A stretch of DNA of 64,000 nucleotides from Ostreococcus lucimarinus (Eukaryota): the NCBI GenBank assembly GCA_000092065.1, contig CP000583.1; one strand, 5' to 3'. Shown piece by piece: positions 41,316-51,207 of this stretch. A model generated the notes under the pieces. That model saw only the letters and a list, made by a program, of their open reading frames with translations. It made no database searches and had not been told where the DNA came from. Every line of letters starts with the position of its first letter. The stretch's first letter is position 1. Made by a program: the position numbers and the translations under genes.

Positions 41316-42443
41316 ATGAGGGTTTTCGCGCGGCGCCGGCCGACGGTGAAACTCGCGCCCCGCGCCCCCGTTTCGCCGGGCGCGTTCGAGCGATGGACGG
41401 CGACGCGCGGTGCCCCGCAGGCGCGGACGCGCGCGGCGCCGCGCGTCATGACGCTCGAGGACGCGATCGCGAGGTACGAAGCGACGAAAGCCGCGGCGAT
41501 CGCGACGGCGCGGGACGCCGCCGTCAGGGTGCGCGAGGAGGCGACGCGCGCGCAGCGGGTCGTGATGAACGCGCCGGCGCCCGCGCTGGCGGCGCGCTTC
41601 GCGCGAGCGGATGGGTTCGTCGATCGCGGCGCGTATCCGGTGTTCGTCGAACGCATCGCCGTCGGGTCGGTGATCTTCTCCCAGAGCTACGCCAGAGACG
41701 CGTGGTTGCACGTGAAGAACAATCACCTGCTCGTGGCGCTGTTCATGGCGCACCCGAAGCACCCGTTTTCGCGAACGGAGCGCGCGGTTTGTTTGTTTTG
41801 CTCGCTCATCATGGGATTCGGGTTGACGTGCGCGTTTGGTTTGATCGCGGACGAACCGGATAAAACGGTGGTGAGCGTGATCGTGGGAGGGTTCATTCAG
41901 GGGGTGTACGACGCGTTGTTGAGAATGTTCGCCGAATGCATCTGCATTCAGTCGTGCCCGCGTTGCGTGGTCAACTGTTTCGAGACGTGCGGGCGGATCG
42001 GGATGGTGCTGCAGTTCCTGCTCGGAATCTTGGTGCTCTGTATCGGTTTCTTAGCGTTCGTCACGTCGGAGAGCCTGAGAGCGCTGGGAGGGGTGACTTG
42101 GCGTTTCGCGATGTCGAAAGCGTCGTCGTGGGTCGTGGCGTCGATGATCTTTGTGCTCCTGGGACATCACCTAGCGCGAAGAAATCAGATGCGGCCGGCG
42201 GCGTCGAGGCACACATTCAGCGAAAAAGAGGCGCACGAGCGCTGGAACACGCCTCAAGAGCCGTGGTGCTGCTCGTGCTGTCTTCCGTCTCGCGCTCCGT
42301 CTTACTTTTGGAATTATTACATCGGCGAAGACGTCTCGTTTGAAGACTTGCCCATGAAACCGCCAAAGTACGCCGTCAAAAATTTTGGTTGCGTGTGCGG
42401 CCAAGACGAAGACGACGAGGACGGCGTCCCCGCACAGCTTTAG
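41316..42443 (+). CDS. Hypothetical multi-pass membrane protein, Cys-rich (CxxC clusters)
   Basis: Four or more hydrophobic helices (FCSLIMGFGLTCAFGLIA, VLQFLLGILVLCIGFLAFV, VVASMIFVLLGHH) and CPRCVVNCFETC, CCSCC and CVCG motifs. Confidence 0.4.
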   Translation: MRVFARRRPTVKLAPRAPVSPGAFERWTATRGAPQARTRAAPRVMTLEDAIARYEATKAAAIATARDAAVRVREEATRAQRVVMNAPAPALAARFARADGFVDRGAYPVFVERIAVGSVIFSQSYARDAWLHVKNNHLLVALFMAHPKHPFSRTERAVCLFCSLIMGFGLTCAFGLIADEPDKTVVSVIVGGFIQGVYDALLRMFAECICIQSCPRCVVNCFETCGRIGMVLQFLLGILVLCIGFLAFVTSESLRALGGVTWRFAMSKASSWVVASMIFVLLGHHLARRNQMRPAASRHTFSEKEAHERWNTPQEPWCCSCCLPSRAPSYFWNYYIGEDVSFEDLPMKPPKYAVKNFGCVCGQDEDDEDGVPAQL

Positions 42444-42570
42444 CCTAGTTCACTTATCTCTTCTTGCTATCAACATATTCTTGTAGCGCCGGCGACGCGT
42501 CTCGAAATTTTTAAACGCTGTCAATCTTGTCTGACTCCGCACTCTTCGTCCGTTCATCGAGATCGCGTGC

Positions 42571-43626
42571 ATGGCGTCCATCGACGTCGGCGTCGCCGCG
42601 TTCTCGTGTCGTCCGTCCGCGCGCGCGCGCGAGCGACGCGCGTGCGAACCGTCGTCGTCGACATCGCGTCCGCGCGCGCGCGCCCTCGTCAGCCAACACC
42701 GACGCGCGTCGCTCGTACGCACGCGCGCCGCCGATGGGGCGTCCGCGCTGACATACGTCGCCGACAGCGTCATTGGTGGTGCGCTAGTGTTCGCGCTCGC
42801 GAGGTCAGGGTCGAGGTACACGTCGAGGAGAGATTCGGGCTGGTTGGCGACGGAGGACGACGACGAGGCGGAGGTCGACGACGCGGGCATCCGATGGACG
42901 GTCGCGAGCGTGGTCGGGTGCGTACCGCTGTTAGCTTGGCTCGCGTGGGTGCTACCTGTGATCTCGGTCGGGGAATGGGACGACGATCAACGTCCGGGGA
43001 CGATAGCAAAGCCGGAGGCGTTTGCGCTCGCGGCGGCGTACCTACTCGCGTACGCGGCGCACGGATTCAACTTATCCGACGGTTTCACGTGGGCCATAAC
43101 GGTGTTGTGTGCGGGACATGTGCAGCTAGAAAGGACAAACGCACTTCTAGCCCCGAGCTCGGACGATGCTCTCGAGATCGCCTCGCCGCCGAAGCGCACT
43201 GAGAAGGAAAACGACATTGTTCGTGCGTTGCTGAATCCCCGACCGGCGACGACTATGGAGGAGTGGACCCGCGACGAAACCACTGGCTCGATCACTCAAG
43301 CTCCGCAAAATTCAGTCGAAGGCGCGGTCAAACTCGGACGATCACTCGGCAAAGCCGGGGTCGTTGCGAGACAACTCAGCGAAAGCATAGCCGAAGGAAA
43401 GTTGCAAGCGGAAATCGAACAAGAGACGCTCCGTACGGAAGAAGCGGTGCGGCGCCAGAACGAGTTACTTTCAGGAGAGCTCGAAGAGTGGGACGGCCGA
43501 TTCCGATTACGAACGATGACGCGAACAGAGCTATTAGAGCTCGCGCGTCAACGGGGAATGACCAGGTATTCAAAATTGAACAAACCGGAGCTCGTCGAGC
43601 GCTTAGAAGCCGAGATCTATGAATAG
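42571..43626 (+). CDS. Membrane protein with a C-terminal Rho-N (Rho termination factor N-terminal-like) domain
   Basis: A presequence-like N-terminus and TM helices. The final 40 aa (TRTELLELARQRGMTRYSKLNKPELVERLEAEIYE) matches the Rho_N/SAP-like motif found in plastid RNA-binding proteins. Confidence 0.45.
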   Translation: MASIDVGVAAFSCRPSARARERRACEPSSSTSRPRARALVSQHRRASLVRTRAADGASALTYVADSVIGGALVFALARSGSRYTSRRDSGWLATEDDDEAEVDDAGIRWTVASVVGCVPLLAWLAWVLPVISVGEWDDDQRPGTIAKPEAFALAAAYLLAYAAHGFNLSDGFTWAITVLCAGHVQLERTNALLAPSSDDALEIASPPKRTEKENDIVRALLNPRPATTMEEWTRDETTGSITQAPQNSVEGAVKLGRSLGKAGVVARQLSESIAEGKLQAEIEQETLRTEEAVRRQNELLSGELEEWDGRFRLRTMTRTELLELARQRGMTRYSKLNKPELVERLEAEIYE

Positions 43627-43681
43627 TAGTAGAACATGTACACGCTAGTATTACTGTATCACAACAAAGAAAAGATGTAGA

Positions 43682-44215
43682 TTATCTATTTTCCCATCCA
43701 TTCCACGACGAGATATCCGACTTAACGCACGCGTCGTCCGCGCCTTCGCGAAGCATCGACGCGTTGCACGAAGATTCGCTCGACATGCCCACAATTCTTC
43801 TCGGGCGTCTCAATCTCCCAGCCTTCACCTCTTCGTTCACCATTTTCAGCACCGCCAGCCCCGTGAACGGTGGCATGTAATAATCGAGCAACAACACATC
43901 GGGTTCGAACTCCTTGATCACCTCCAAGCAATTCTCGCTCGTCCATCTCTGCGAGAAGACTGTGGTGCCCTCCACCTCGACGTCGCCGTCCCGCAACATG
44001 TCTCGAATATCGTACGAGTCCTCGAACGCTAAAATCTTCAAAGTCGGCGTCACCGCGGGCGTGGTACTTTTACCTCCCCCCACCGTCGCCTCGGACTCCC
44101 TCTCGAGCGACGACAAGGACGAGGACGACGACGATTTCCCGACGCCGCGTTTCAACTGTAACCTCCGCACCAAGAGCGACGTCGCCGGTCTGTGCGCGCG
44201 CATCGCCCGCGTCAT
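43682..44215 (-). CDS. Stand-alone response-regulator receiver (REC) domain protein with a presequence
   Basis: REC signature residues: an acidic pocket (ILAFEDSYD), the phospho-acceptor Asp (LLLDYYMP), a conserved Ser (GMSSE) and Lys (ACVKSD). First ATG at 44215. Confidence 0.55.
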   Translation of the reverse strand: MTRAMRAHRPATSLLVRRLQLKRGVGKSSSSSSLSSLERESEATVGGGKSTTPAVTPTLKILAFEDSYDIRDMLRDGDVEVEGTTVFSQRWTSENCLEVIKEFEPDVLLLDYYMPPFTGLAVLKMVNEEVKAGRLRRPRRIVGMSSESSCNASMLREGADDACVKSDISSWNGWENR

Positions 44216-44521
44216 CTCGCGCGCGCGAACGCTCACCGACGCGCGCGCGAACGCTCCCGCGCGATCCTCTCACGAAAACCGCGTCGCGTCGAAGCGCGAT
44301 CGTTTTTGACGCGCAAGATGACGACGGCGCGGAAAAGCGTATCGCGCTTTTCGCGCGCCTCCAGATTCGCGCGGGAAAAACCGTCGGTCGGTCTGTCCGA
44401 TTGTCCGATCGATCCCACATCGCGATTCCGCGCGTAAAACACTCGTGGAATTCGCGATTCGCGCGTTTTCGCTCGAAAATTCGCGCCGCGCGTCGACGCG
44501 CGACGTCCGCGGCGCGACGCG

Positions 44522-44586
44522 GTCGATCGATCGATCGATCGATCGGTCGATCGATCGATCGGTCGGTCGATCGGTCGGTCGGTCGA
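44522..44586. repeat. (CGAT)n/(CGGT)n microsatellite in the divergent promoter
   Basis: cgatcgatcgatcgatcggtcgatcg... read directly from the sequence. Confidence 0.9.
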
Positions 44587-44625
44587 ACGCATTTTTCGCG
44601 CGACGCGGCCCGCAGTCGCGCGCGC

Positions 44626-46272
44626 ATGTCCCGGTCGCGGCCGTCGACGCCGCGGGGTGCGTTGCACGCGTCGCCGGGCGCGATGGGGGCGTCGCCGAGC
44701 GAACGCCGGCATCGACACGCGCTGGCGGCGAAAGCGGCGCGACAGCGCAGGCGAAGGGCGCTTCGCCGATGCGCGCTCGTCGCGGTCGTCGCGGTCGTCG
44801 TCTTCTTGAAGACGTTTTATCCGGGCGACCAGACGGTGCGGAACGCGAGCGAGAGCTGGGCGCGGTTGATGTTTAGTAGGGATGGGTTCTCGTTCGGTCG
44901 AATGTACGAGCAGCGATTCGAGACGCAGGTGCGAATCGACGCGAAAGACGGCGCGATCGAGGAGACCAAGGAGGGGTACACGGTGCAAGGGAAGATTCCC
45001 GACAGGCCAAAGTTTACGACCAAGTTGAAGACCAGTGATATGCTCAAGGATGAATACAATCGCGCGGGCCGACAGAAGAAGTGCTATTTCTACGTCGAGC
45101 TCGAGGAACCGGTGTTGGTGTTGCACGACGATGGAGATGAGTTGCGGCATCACTTGGAGCTCGACGCGCACGACTTGGAATTTGAGCAGTTCAAGTGCAC
45201 GTACTTTCACGGCGTGCAGAGGCCCGTCAACGGAGGTTCGATCGAGAGTGGAAAGTGGGAAATCAAAGACGAGCGCGAATCTGGGGGGAAGGTCGCCATC
45301 ATGAGCTCGGCGACGACGTTAACGATGCTATCAGCGTACCATCGAACGCTCGTAAATCATCAAGCGTTCGCGAAACATCATGGATACGCTTCGATTCTCG
45401 CGCTGGTTTCTCGCGACACATTAGCGGGTAGATCTGGGAAATTCGCCAAACACATGGCGATGGGAGTGCAAACGTTGAAGAAAGATCACGACATGACGTG
45501 TCACGTCGACCTCGACGCCTGGTTCGCGAGTTGGGATCCGCTCAGCTATTACTCAAAGAACTGGCCTGGGGACAAAAACTTGTTCTTCGGCGACACCGGA
45601 CAAGTGTGGTTGAACTCGGGATTGATGTGCGCTCGATCGGTCGACTGGACGGTAGACTTTTTCGAGCGAGTGCTGAACGCGGTGCACGAAAAGGGAATGG
45701 ACGAGAATTCAAATCCCGTCAAGTTTGGTTTCAAGCGAGACCAACCGGCGATGTGGCATGTTCTCGCAACAGAGTGGGCCCAAAAGGACAACATCCCTTA
45801 TCTCGGCACCAAGTGTCCTCGATGGGACTCGTGTAATCCAGACTCGAATCCTATAGAGTGCTGGCATTGGTGTTTCTGGGACGCATTCCAGAGAAGACCT
45901 AAGGGATGGGACGGCTTGCACGACTTGAACAAGCTCTCAAACGTGTATCTCGACCCGCAAGAGAACGAGCCGAAGATGCATCGCATGTGTTTAGCGAGCT
46001 GTCAAAGCGTCTTGAGTCGAGCGAATATGGCGCTGTGCTCTACTATTACCGGCAGTGCAGGATGTTTGCCCAAGGATGTGGACAAGATGTCGCTTTGTGA
46101 CGGAAGGGGTTGCCTGCAGCAGCTCACGTCGAAAGGAGGCGCGTGGCTTAAGCACACTGGACATCAGCACTGGCGAGACGTTCTCCCGAGGTGTATCCCA
46201 CGCAACTCACAAGAGTCGGAGCGCGAAAAACGCTCGTATTTAAGCTTGTGCGATACTAAACGAACGGTGTAG
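44626..46272 (+). CDS. Type-II membrane glycosyltransferase-like protein (putative DxD, GT-A fold)
   Basis: A signal anchor (LVAVVAVVVFL) and a luminal domain with HVDLDAWF (DxD-like) and WLNSGLM motifs, reminiscent of GT8/GT34/GT77. Confidence 0.4.
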   Translation: MSRSRPSTPRGALHASPGAMGASPSERRHRHALAAKAARQRRRRALRRCALVAVVAVVVFLKTFYPGDQTVRNASESWARLMFSRDGFSFGRMYEQRFETQVRIDAKDGAIEETKEGYTVQGKIPDRPKFTTKLKTSDMLKDEYNRAGRQKKCYFYVELEEPVLVLHDDGDELRHHLELDAHDLEFEQFKCTYFHGVQRPVNGGSIESGKWEIKDERESGGKVAIMSSATTLTMLSAYHRTLVNHQAFAKHHGYASILALVSRDTLAGRSGKFAKHMAMGVQTLKKDHDMTCHVDLDAWFASWDPLSYYSKNWPGDKNLFFGDTGQVWLNSGLMCARSVDWTVDFFERVLNAVHEKGMDENSNPVKFGFKRDQPAMWHVLATEWAQKDNIPYLGTKCPRWDSCNPDSNPIECWHWCFWDAFQRRPKGWDGLHDLNKLSNVYLDPQENEPKMHRMCLASCQSVLSRANMALCSTITGSAGCLPKDVDKMSLCDGRGCLQQLTSKGGAWLKHTGHQHWRDVLPRCIPRNSQESEREKRSYLSLCDTKRTV

Positions 46273-46361
46273 TACTTAGAGTTTAGACATTTAGTTACTG
46301 GGGTGTTTACGAGACGGCGTCGAGAATTGCCAAATTTCTTTCACTCGGTCACTACAGCAAA

Positions 46362-47378
46362 CTAAACTACAGAGCGAGTCGAACGCCTCGTGGGTCCTTC
46401 GTTCGCGCTCATGGCCAGACCGACTTCTTCATCCTCCCCTTCCTCTATCCTCGATCCAAACACATCCAGCTCCGTGTCGTCGTCGTCGTCGTCTGAGCCC
46501 GTCGACGGATCCCAATGCGTTCCAACTTTTGATCGCATCGCCTCTTGCGCGATGACGGCAATCCTATAACTAACGAACAGAGTCACCAGCAGACCGAGGA
46601 CGTAGAAAACGATCTCCATCAACGTCGCACCATCCGATCCACTCGCTCTTCTTCCGGTATCTCCCATGTACACGTACACGAAGCTCGACGGAAGCAACCC
46701 GACGGCGGTCGCCGTGCAAAACGAAACGAACGGCACCGACGTCAATCCTAGCATGTAACTCGCCACGGTAAACGGTGAAAACGGCGAAAGTCTGACTAAT
46801 ATGACGATCTGTGATCCATCTTTCGATACCGCGTCGTCCAACGCCTTAAGCCTCCCCCCATCGCGCACGAACGCCTTCTCCACCCACGGTCGCGCGACGT
46901 ATCTCGACAGCGTAAAGCTCACGACGGCGCCGACGCTCGCGCTCGTCACGCACAGCGCCATCCCCCCCAGCGTCCCGAATACTATCCCCGCCGTCACGCA
47001 CGACGCGCTCGCCGCCCCCGGAATCACCCCAAACGACGCCACCGCGACGTTCAACAAGAAAAACTTGACTGGATTCTTCACGTGCGGCACGACGTCTTCG
47101 TACAGGTCGATTTCCAATCGCGTCGACGCGTACACCACCCCCCCGATCACCGCGACCACGCACAGCAGCACCGCGATCGCGCGGCACACCGTTCCGATCG
47201 TCGCCGTCGCCGTTCCTCCTCCCTCGCTTCCCGTCGCTCGCGCGCGTCGTCCCGCGCCCGGCGACGCGTCGTCGTCGTCCGCGCCCAGCAGCACGCCGTT
47301 CGCGCCCGGCGACGCGTCGACCGCCGCGCTCGCGCGCGCGCGCGCCGCGCTCGTCGCGCTCGTCGCGCTCGTCCGCAT
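46362..47378 (-). CDS. TVP38/TMEM64/DedA-family membrane protein
   Basis: The DedA/SNARE-associated signature (FGVIPGAASASCVTAGIVFG...RLSPFSPFTVASYMLGLT). The ORF-track start at 47432 is a TTG placeholder; the first ATG at 47378 begins a non-hydrophobic Asp/Ser/Gly-rich N-terminus. Asp-rich C-terminus. Confidence 0.65.
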   Translation of the reverse strand: MRTSATSATSAARARASAAVDASPGANGVLLGADDDDASPGAGRRARATGSEGGGTATATIGTVCRAIAVLLCVVAVIGGVVYASTRLEIDLYEDVVPHVKNPVKFFLLNVAVASFGVIPGAASASCVTAGIVFGTLGGMALCVTSASVGAVVSFTLSRYVARPWVEKAFVRDGGRLKALDDAVSKDGSQIVILVRLSPFSPFTVASYMLGLTSVPFVSFCTATAVGLLPSSFVYVYMGDTGRRASGSDGATLMEIVFYVLGLLVTLFVSYRIAVIAQEAMRSKVGTHWDPSTGSDDDDDDTELDVFGSRIEEGEDEEVGLAMSANEGPTRRSTRSVV

Positions 47379-47571
47379 CGATCGCGTCTTCGTGTGGCCG
47401 TCGTCGTCGTCGTCGCGTCGCAATCGCCCCAATCATCGCGCGCGCGCGGCGCGCCGCTCGATACGCGCCACACACGGACCCGCGAACACCCGGAAGTAAG
47501 CGGGTCGTTTGAACGACGCGCGCGACGGTCGACGCCGGCGCGGACGCGCGCGCCGCACACGTCGGCCGTCG

Positions 47572-49839
47572 ATGCGCGCGACGCCGGCGACGTCGAGCGC
47601 GACGAGATCGTCGACGACGACGCGCGCGCGGGCGACGAGGACGACGCGAGCGAACGCGCGGGCGCGGGGCGCGCGAGACATGGGACGCGCGCGCGCGGTG
47701 ATGCGGGGACTGGGACGGGCGCGCGCGGTGATGCGGGGCGCGGTGGGCGCGGGAGGAGGCGCGCGGACGGCGACGATCGATGGGACGCGCGCGAACGGGC
47801 GAGGATGGCGCGAGACGGCGGCGAGCGCGAGCGCGAACGCGGTCGCGGGGATGCGGCGGGACGCGAGAGCGCGAGCGGCGAGCGCGTCGACGGCGGCGTC
47901 GGGACGCGAAAGCGGGGACTACGACGCGGGATCGATTCAGGTGTTACAGGGGTTAGAGCCCGTTCGCAAGCGGCCGGGAATGTACATCGGGAGCACGTCT
48001 ACGAAAGGTTTGCACCACTTGGTGTGGGAGGTGTTGGATAACTCCGTGGACGAAGTCCAAGCCGGGCACGCGAGTCACGTCCGAGTGGTCGTGGAAGAAA
48101 ATGGATTCGTCAGCGTCGTGGACGACGGGCGTGGGATTCCCACGGACGTGCACCCGGTCACGGGGAAGAGCTCGTTGGAGACGGTGCTGACGATTTTGCA
48201 CGCCGGTGGTAAGTTTGGCGGCGACAGTAGTGGTTACCACGTATCCGGCGGTCTTCACGGGGTGGGTATTTCCGTCGTGAACGCACTCTCCGAACTCGTC
48301 GAGGTCACGGTTTGGCGTAATGGTAACGAGTACATACAGTCGTTCTCCAGGGGAATCGCTCTCGGACCGATGCAAGAGAAGAAGCAAGACGGCTCCGGGC
48401 AAAAGAAAGGGACGATGATTCGTTTCAAGCCCGACGATCAGATCTTTGACAAAGTGAAGTTTGATCCGACCATCATTCGAACGAGAATGAAGGAATTGGC
48501 CTTCTTGAACAGCGGAACTGAGTTACATTTGCGGACGTTTGACAAGAAGACGAAGGAGTACGAAGACGAAAAGCTCCTCTTCGCAGAGGGATTGAAGGAT
48601 TACGTGTTAGACCTTACATCGGATGCGACGCGTTTGCATGAACCGATCACGTTCAGTGGTACCATGGACGGCGTTCGCGTCGAAGGAGCTCTTTGCTGGA
48701 CTGCAGATTCGTACTCTGACACGCTTTTGGGTTACGCGAATAGTATCCGAACGACCGATGGCGGTACGCACCTCGACGGCTTGAAGTATTCCCTCACGAA
48801 AACGCTCAATGTCGTGAGTCGCAAAGCGAAACTTTTGAAAGACTCCGATCCTAATCTCGGTGGTGATCACATTCGCGAAGGTTTATCCGGTGTCATCGCA
48901 GTTTGGGTGCCCGAGCCTGAATTTGAAGGTCAGACGAAAACACGTTTGGGTAACAGTGAGGTTCGCAGGATCGTTGAAAATATCGCCAACGATGCCGTGG
49001 CCGGTCATATGGAGTTTAATCCGAGTGTTTTGAAGTCTATTTTCGCAAAGGCTCAGTCAGCCTTCAAGGCTGCCGAAGCCGCGAAGCGTGCGCGAGAGAT
49101 GGTTCGCCGAAAGACGGTGCTGACGTCCAACCGCCTACCGGGGAAGCTGTCCGATTGTTCTTCGTCCGACGCTGATCAAACCGAAATCTTCTTAGTCGAA
49201 GGTGACTCAGCTGGTGGAAGCTGTAAGCAAGGTCGGGATCGCGGCTTCCAGGCCGTCTTGCCTCTACGAGGGAAGATTATGAACGTTGAGCGCAAACTTG
49301 ACGCCGCCGCGCTGTACAAGAATACCGAAATCACTAATATGATTTCAGCCCTGGGCTTGGGAGGTATGGGAGAAGATCTGGACACGACCGCTCTTCGGTA
49401 CTCCAAGATCATCATCCTCACCGATGCCGACGTCGACGGTGCGCACATCCGAACGTTGCTGCTTACGTTCTTGTACCGCTATCAGCGAGATTTGTTTGAG
49501 AAAGGATACGTGTACGCCGCCGTCCCACCTCTGTATAAAGTCGTGGTGGGTAAGAAAGAAACGTACTGCTATGATGAAGATGATCTTCAAGAAGTTCTCG
49601 TTTCTTTACCCGAGGGTGGGGCGAAGCACATCCAGCGCTTTAAAGGTCTCGGAGAAATGATGCCAGAGCAACTCTGGTCGACGACTTTAAACCCGAAGAC
49701 TCGCGTTTTGAAGCGTTTAACCGTAGACGACGCGTCCGCGGCAAATCATATGTTTTCTACGCTCATGTCTAAGGATGTCGAGCCGAGAAGAAAACTCATC
49801 ACAGACGAAGGTTCGACGCTAGCGTCGATCGACATATAA
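47572..49839 (+). CDS. gyrB: DNA gyrase subunit B, nuclear-encoded organellar form with a ~130-aa transit-peptide-like extension
   Basis: GHKL ATPase (LHHLVWEVLDNSVDE, GGLHGVG), transducer, TOPRIM (EIFLVEGDSAGGS, ILTDADVDGAHI) and GyrB C-terminal regions. The track start at 47509 is TTG; first ATG at 47572. Confidence 0.9.
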   Translation: MRATPATSSATRSSTTTRARATRTTRANARARGARDMGRARAVMRGLGRARAVMRGAVGAGGGARTATIDGTRANGRGWRETAASASANAVAGMRRDARARAASASTAASGRESGDYDAGSIQVLQGLEPVRKRPGMYIGSTSTKGLHHLVWEVLDNSVDEVQAGHASHVRVVVEENGFVSVVDDGRGIPTDVHPVTGKSSLETVLTILHAGGKFGGDSSGYHVSGGLHGVGISVVNALSELVEVTVWRNGNEYIQSFSRGIALGPMQEKKQDGSGQKKGTMIRFKPDDQIFDKVKFDPTIIRTRMKELAFLNSGTELHLRTFDKKTKEYEDEKLLFAEGLKDYVLDLTSDATRLHEPITFSGTMDGVRVEGALCWTADSYSDTLLGYANSIRTTDGGTHLDGLKYSLTKTLNVVSRKAKLLKDSDPNLGGDHIREGLSGVIAVWVPEPEFEGQTKTRLGNSEVRRIVENIANDAVAGHMEFNPSVLKSIFAKAQSAFKAAEAAKRAREMVRRKTVLTSNRLPGKLSDCSSSDADQTEIFLVEGDSAGGSCKQGRDRGFQAVLPLRGKIMNVERKLDAAALYKNTEITNMISALGLGGMGEDLDTTALRYSKIIILTDADVDGAHIRTLLLTFLYRYQRDLFEKGYVYAAVPPLYKVVVGKKETYCYDEDDLQEVLVSLPEGGAKHIQRFKGLGEMMPEQLWSTTLNPKTRVLKRLTVDDASAANHMFSTLMSKDVEPRRKLITDEGSTLASIDI

Positions 49840-49938
49840 TTCACGTAGGCGCTTGCTTGCTCAGTCGTAGTGTACTTTTAGTCTTGAAAGAGAGAGACGA
49901 GCTCGGTGTGATGATGAAAGAAAATTTAGTACTACAAA

Positions 49939-50337
49939 TCATTCGTCGCCACTCAACGTCGCGCCCTCTAGAAGCGCACTCACGTGTCGTGCGATGTTTG
50001 CAGTCTGTCGGAGACGTGACGGTCTTCGAGGCGATGCCTTGTCCGTTACGACGTTTGTAAAGGGATGATGAGACTCCAGTGCTCGCTTTCCCGCATGGAT
50101 CCCCAAAACAGAAGCTTCTAGAGTTTTAATATCCATTCGTAGCGAGTTTAACTCTTCACGGATGGCGTGGAGCGCGTGTGTGAATGCGTCGAGTTCCTTC
50201 GACAGCGTTACCTTGGGCTTCGGCTCGAACTTAGCTCGAATCGTAGCGAGCGCATCCGCACTACGAATCACCTCGTCTTTCGCCGTCTTCCCATCGTCAC
50301 TCGTCGCAGTAGTAGTTTGCGAGGACATCAGAGCCAT
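49939..50337 (-). CDS. Hypothetical small coiled-coil protein (132 aa)
   Basis: ATG start and a coiled-coil core (LDAFTHALHAIREELNSLRMDIKTLE). Confidence 0.3.
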   Translation of the reverse strand: MALMSSQTTTATSDDGKTAKDEVIRSADALATIRAKFEPKPKVTLSKELDAFTHALHAIREELNSLRMDIKTLEASVLGIHAGKRALESHHPFTNVVTDKASPRRPSRLRQTANIARHVSALLEGATLSGDE

Positions 50338-50480
50338 GACGCGTGATATTGTGACGTTCCATGTGATATAAAAACACTAAACTCTACTAACGTTTGTATT
50401 TCCGAGGCTTCGAGTCGACGTTAACGTGCCAAAGAGTCGCTTCAAACAGCTTCAACACCGACACTAACACCTCACTACCC

Positions 50481-50825
50481 CTACTGGTTAAATTCTGACG
50501 CATCCAGCTCAAGTTTAAGTCGCATCGCCTCGTCTTTTAATCGCTCGAGCTGCTGTCTTTGTTCGGGAGTAAGTTGCTCGATGACGTCTTCCGTCAAGTC
50601 GCCAGAGACAACTTTGCCGGCGTCTCCTCGAAGTGACTCTACATAACTCTGCCAAGACTCCACAAACGTGCGCCATTGCTTTTCTTGTATTTTCTCCGAA
50701 CGAAGATGCGTCCTAAACTCCTCTCGCGCGTAAGTACCGCCGAGTTCCTTCATCGGACCCGGCAAGTTGCGATGCGCTCGCAAGATCGACCGGTACAGTG
50801 AAAAAATTCGCCCCACGCCGCTCAT
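50481..50825 (-). CDS. SDHAF3: Succinate dehydrogenase assembly factor 3 (ACN9/LYR family)
   Basis: LYRSILRAHRNLPGPMKELGGTYAREEFRTH...WQSY matches the ACN9/SDHAF3 LYR pattern. Confidence 0.65.
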   Translation of the reverse strand: MSGVGRIFSLYRSILRAHRNLPGPMKELGGTYAREEFRTHLRSEKIQEKQWRTFVESWQSYVESLRGDAGKVVSGDLTEDVIEQLTPEQRQQLERLKDEAMRLKLELDASEFNQ

Positions 50826-50952
50826 GATATCCGATAGCTACTATAGGCCGTGTGCTCTGCTCTAAAATTTCCGCCTTCTACGTTCTGTCTTCACCTCTGT
50901 AAACCGCTCGAAACCTTTCGCGTCTCGCTCGCGTACCCTTGCCGCGCGCCGC

Positions 50953-51207
50953 CTACTCCGCCTGAAGCCCCGTGGGTTGATTGAGCACCCCGAGCTGCTC
51001 CTTTTCCAACTCGATCAGCTGTTCTTCCCTGTGCAACTGCACGATGAGTGGCACGATGAGCACTAAGAACGACGTCCCGAACGTCCACGCCGCCTTCCCT
51101 GTGTGCACCGCCAACTTCCTCGTCAAACGCGACGCGTCCGCCCACCCCAATCGCACCGGCTTCGCGCTCTTCGCCTCCTCCGCGCCGTAGTCGGGCGTGA
51201 TCTCCAT
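50953..51207 (-). CDS. TOM22: Mitochondrial outer-membrane import receptor TOM22 (short Tom9-type)
   Basis: AAWTFGTSFLVLIVPLIVQLHREEQLIELEKEQ...QPTGL aligns with the TOM22 TM and IMS region. Confidence 0.6.
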   Translation of the reverse strand: MEITPDYGAEEAKSAKPVRLGWADASRLTRKLAVHTGKAAWTFGTSFLVLIVPLIVQLHREEQLIELEKEQLGVLNQPTGLQAE

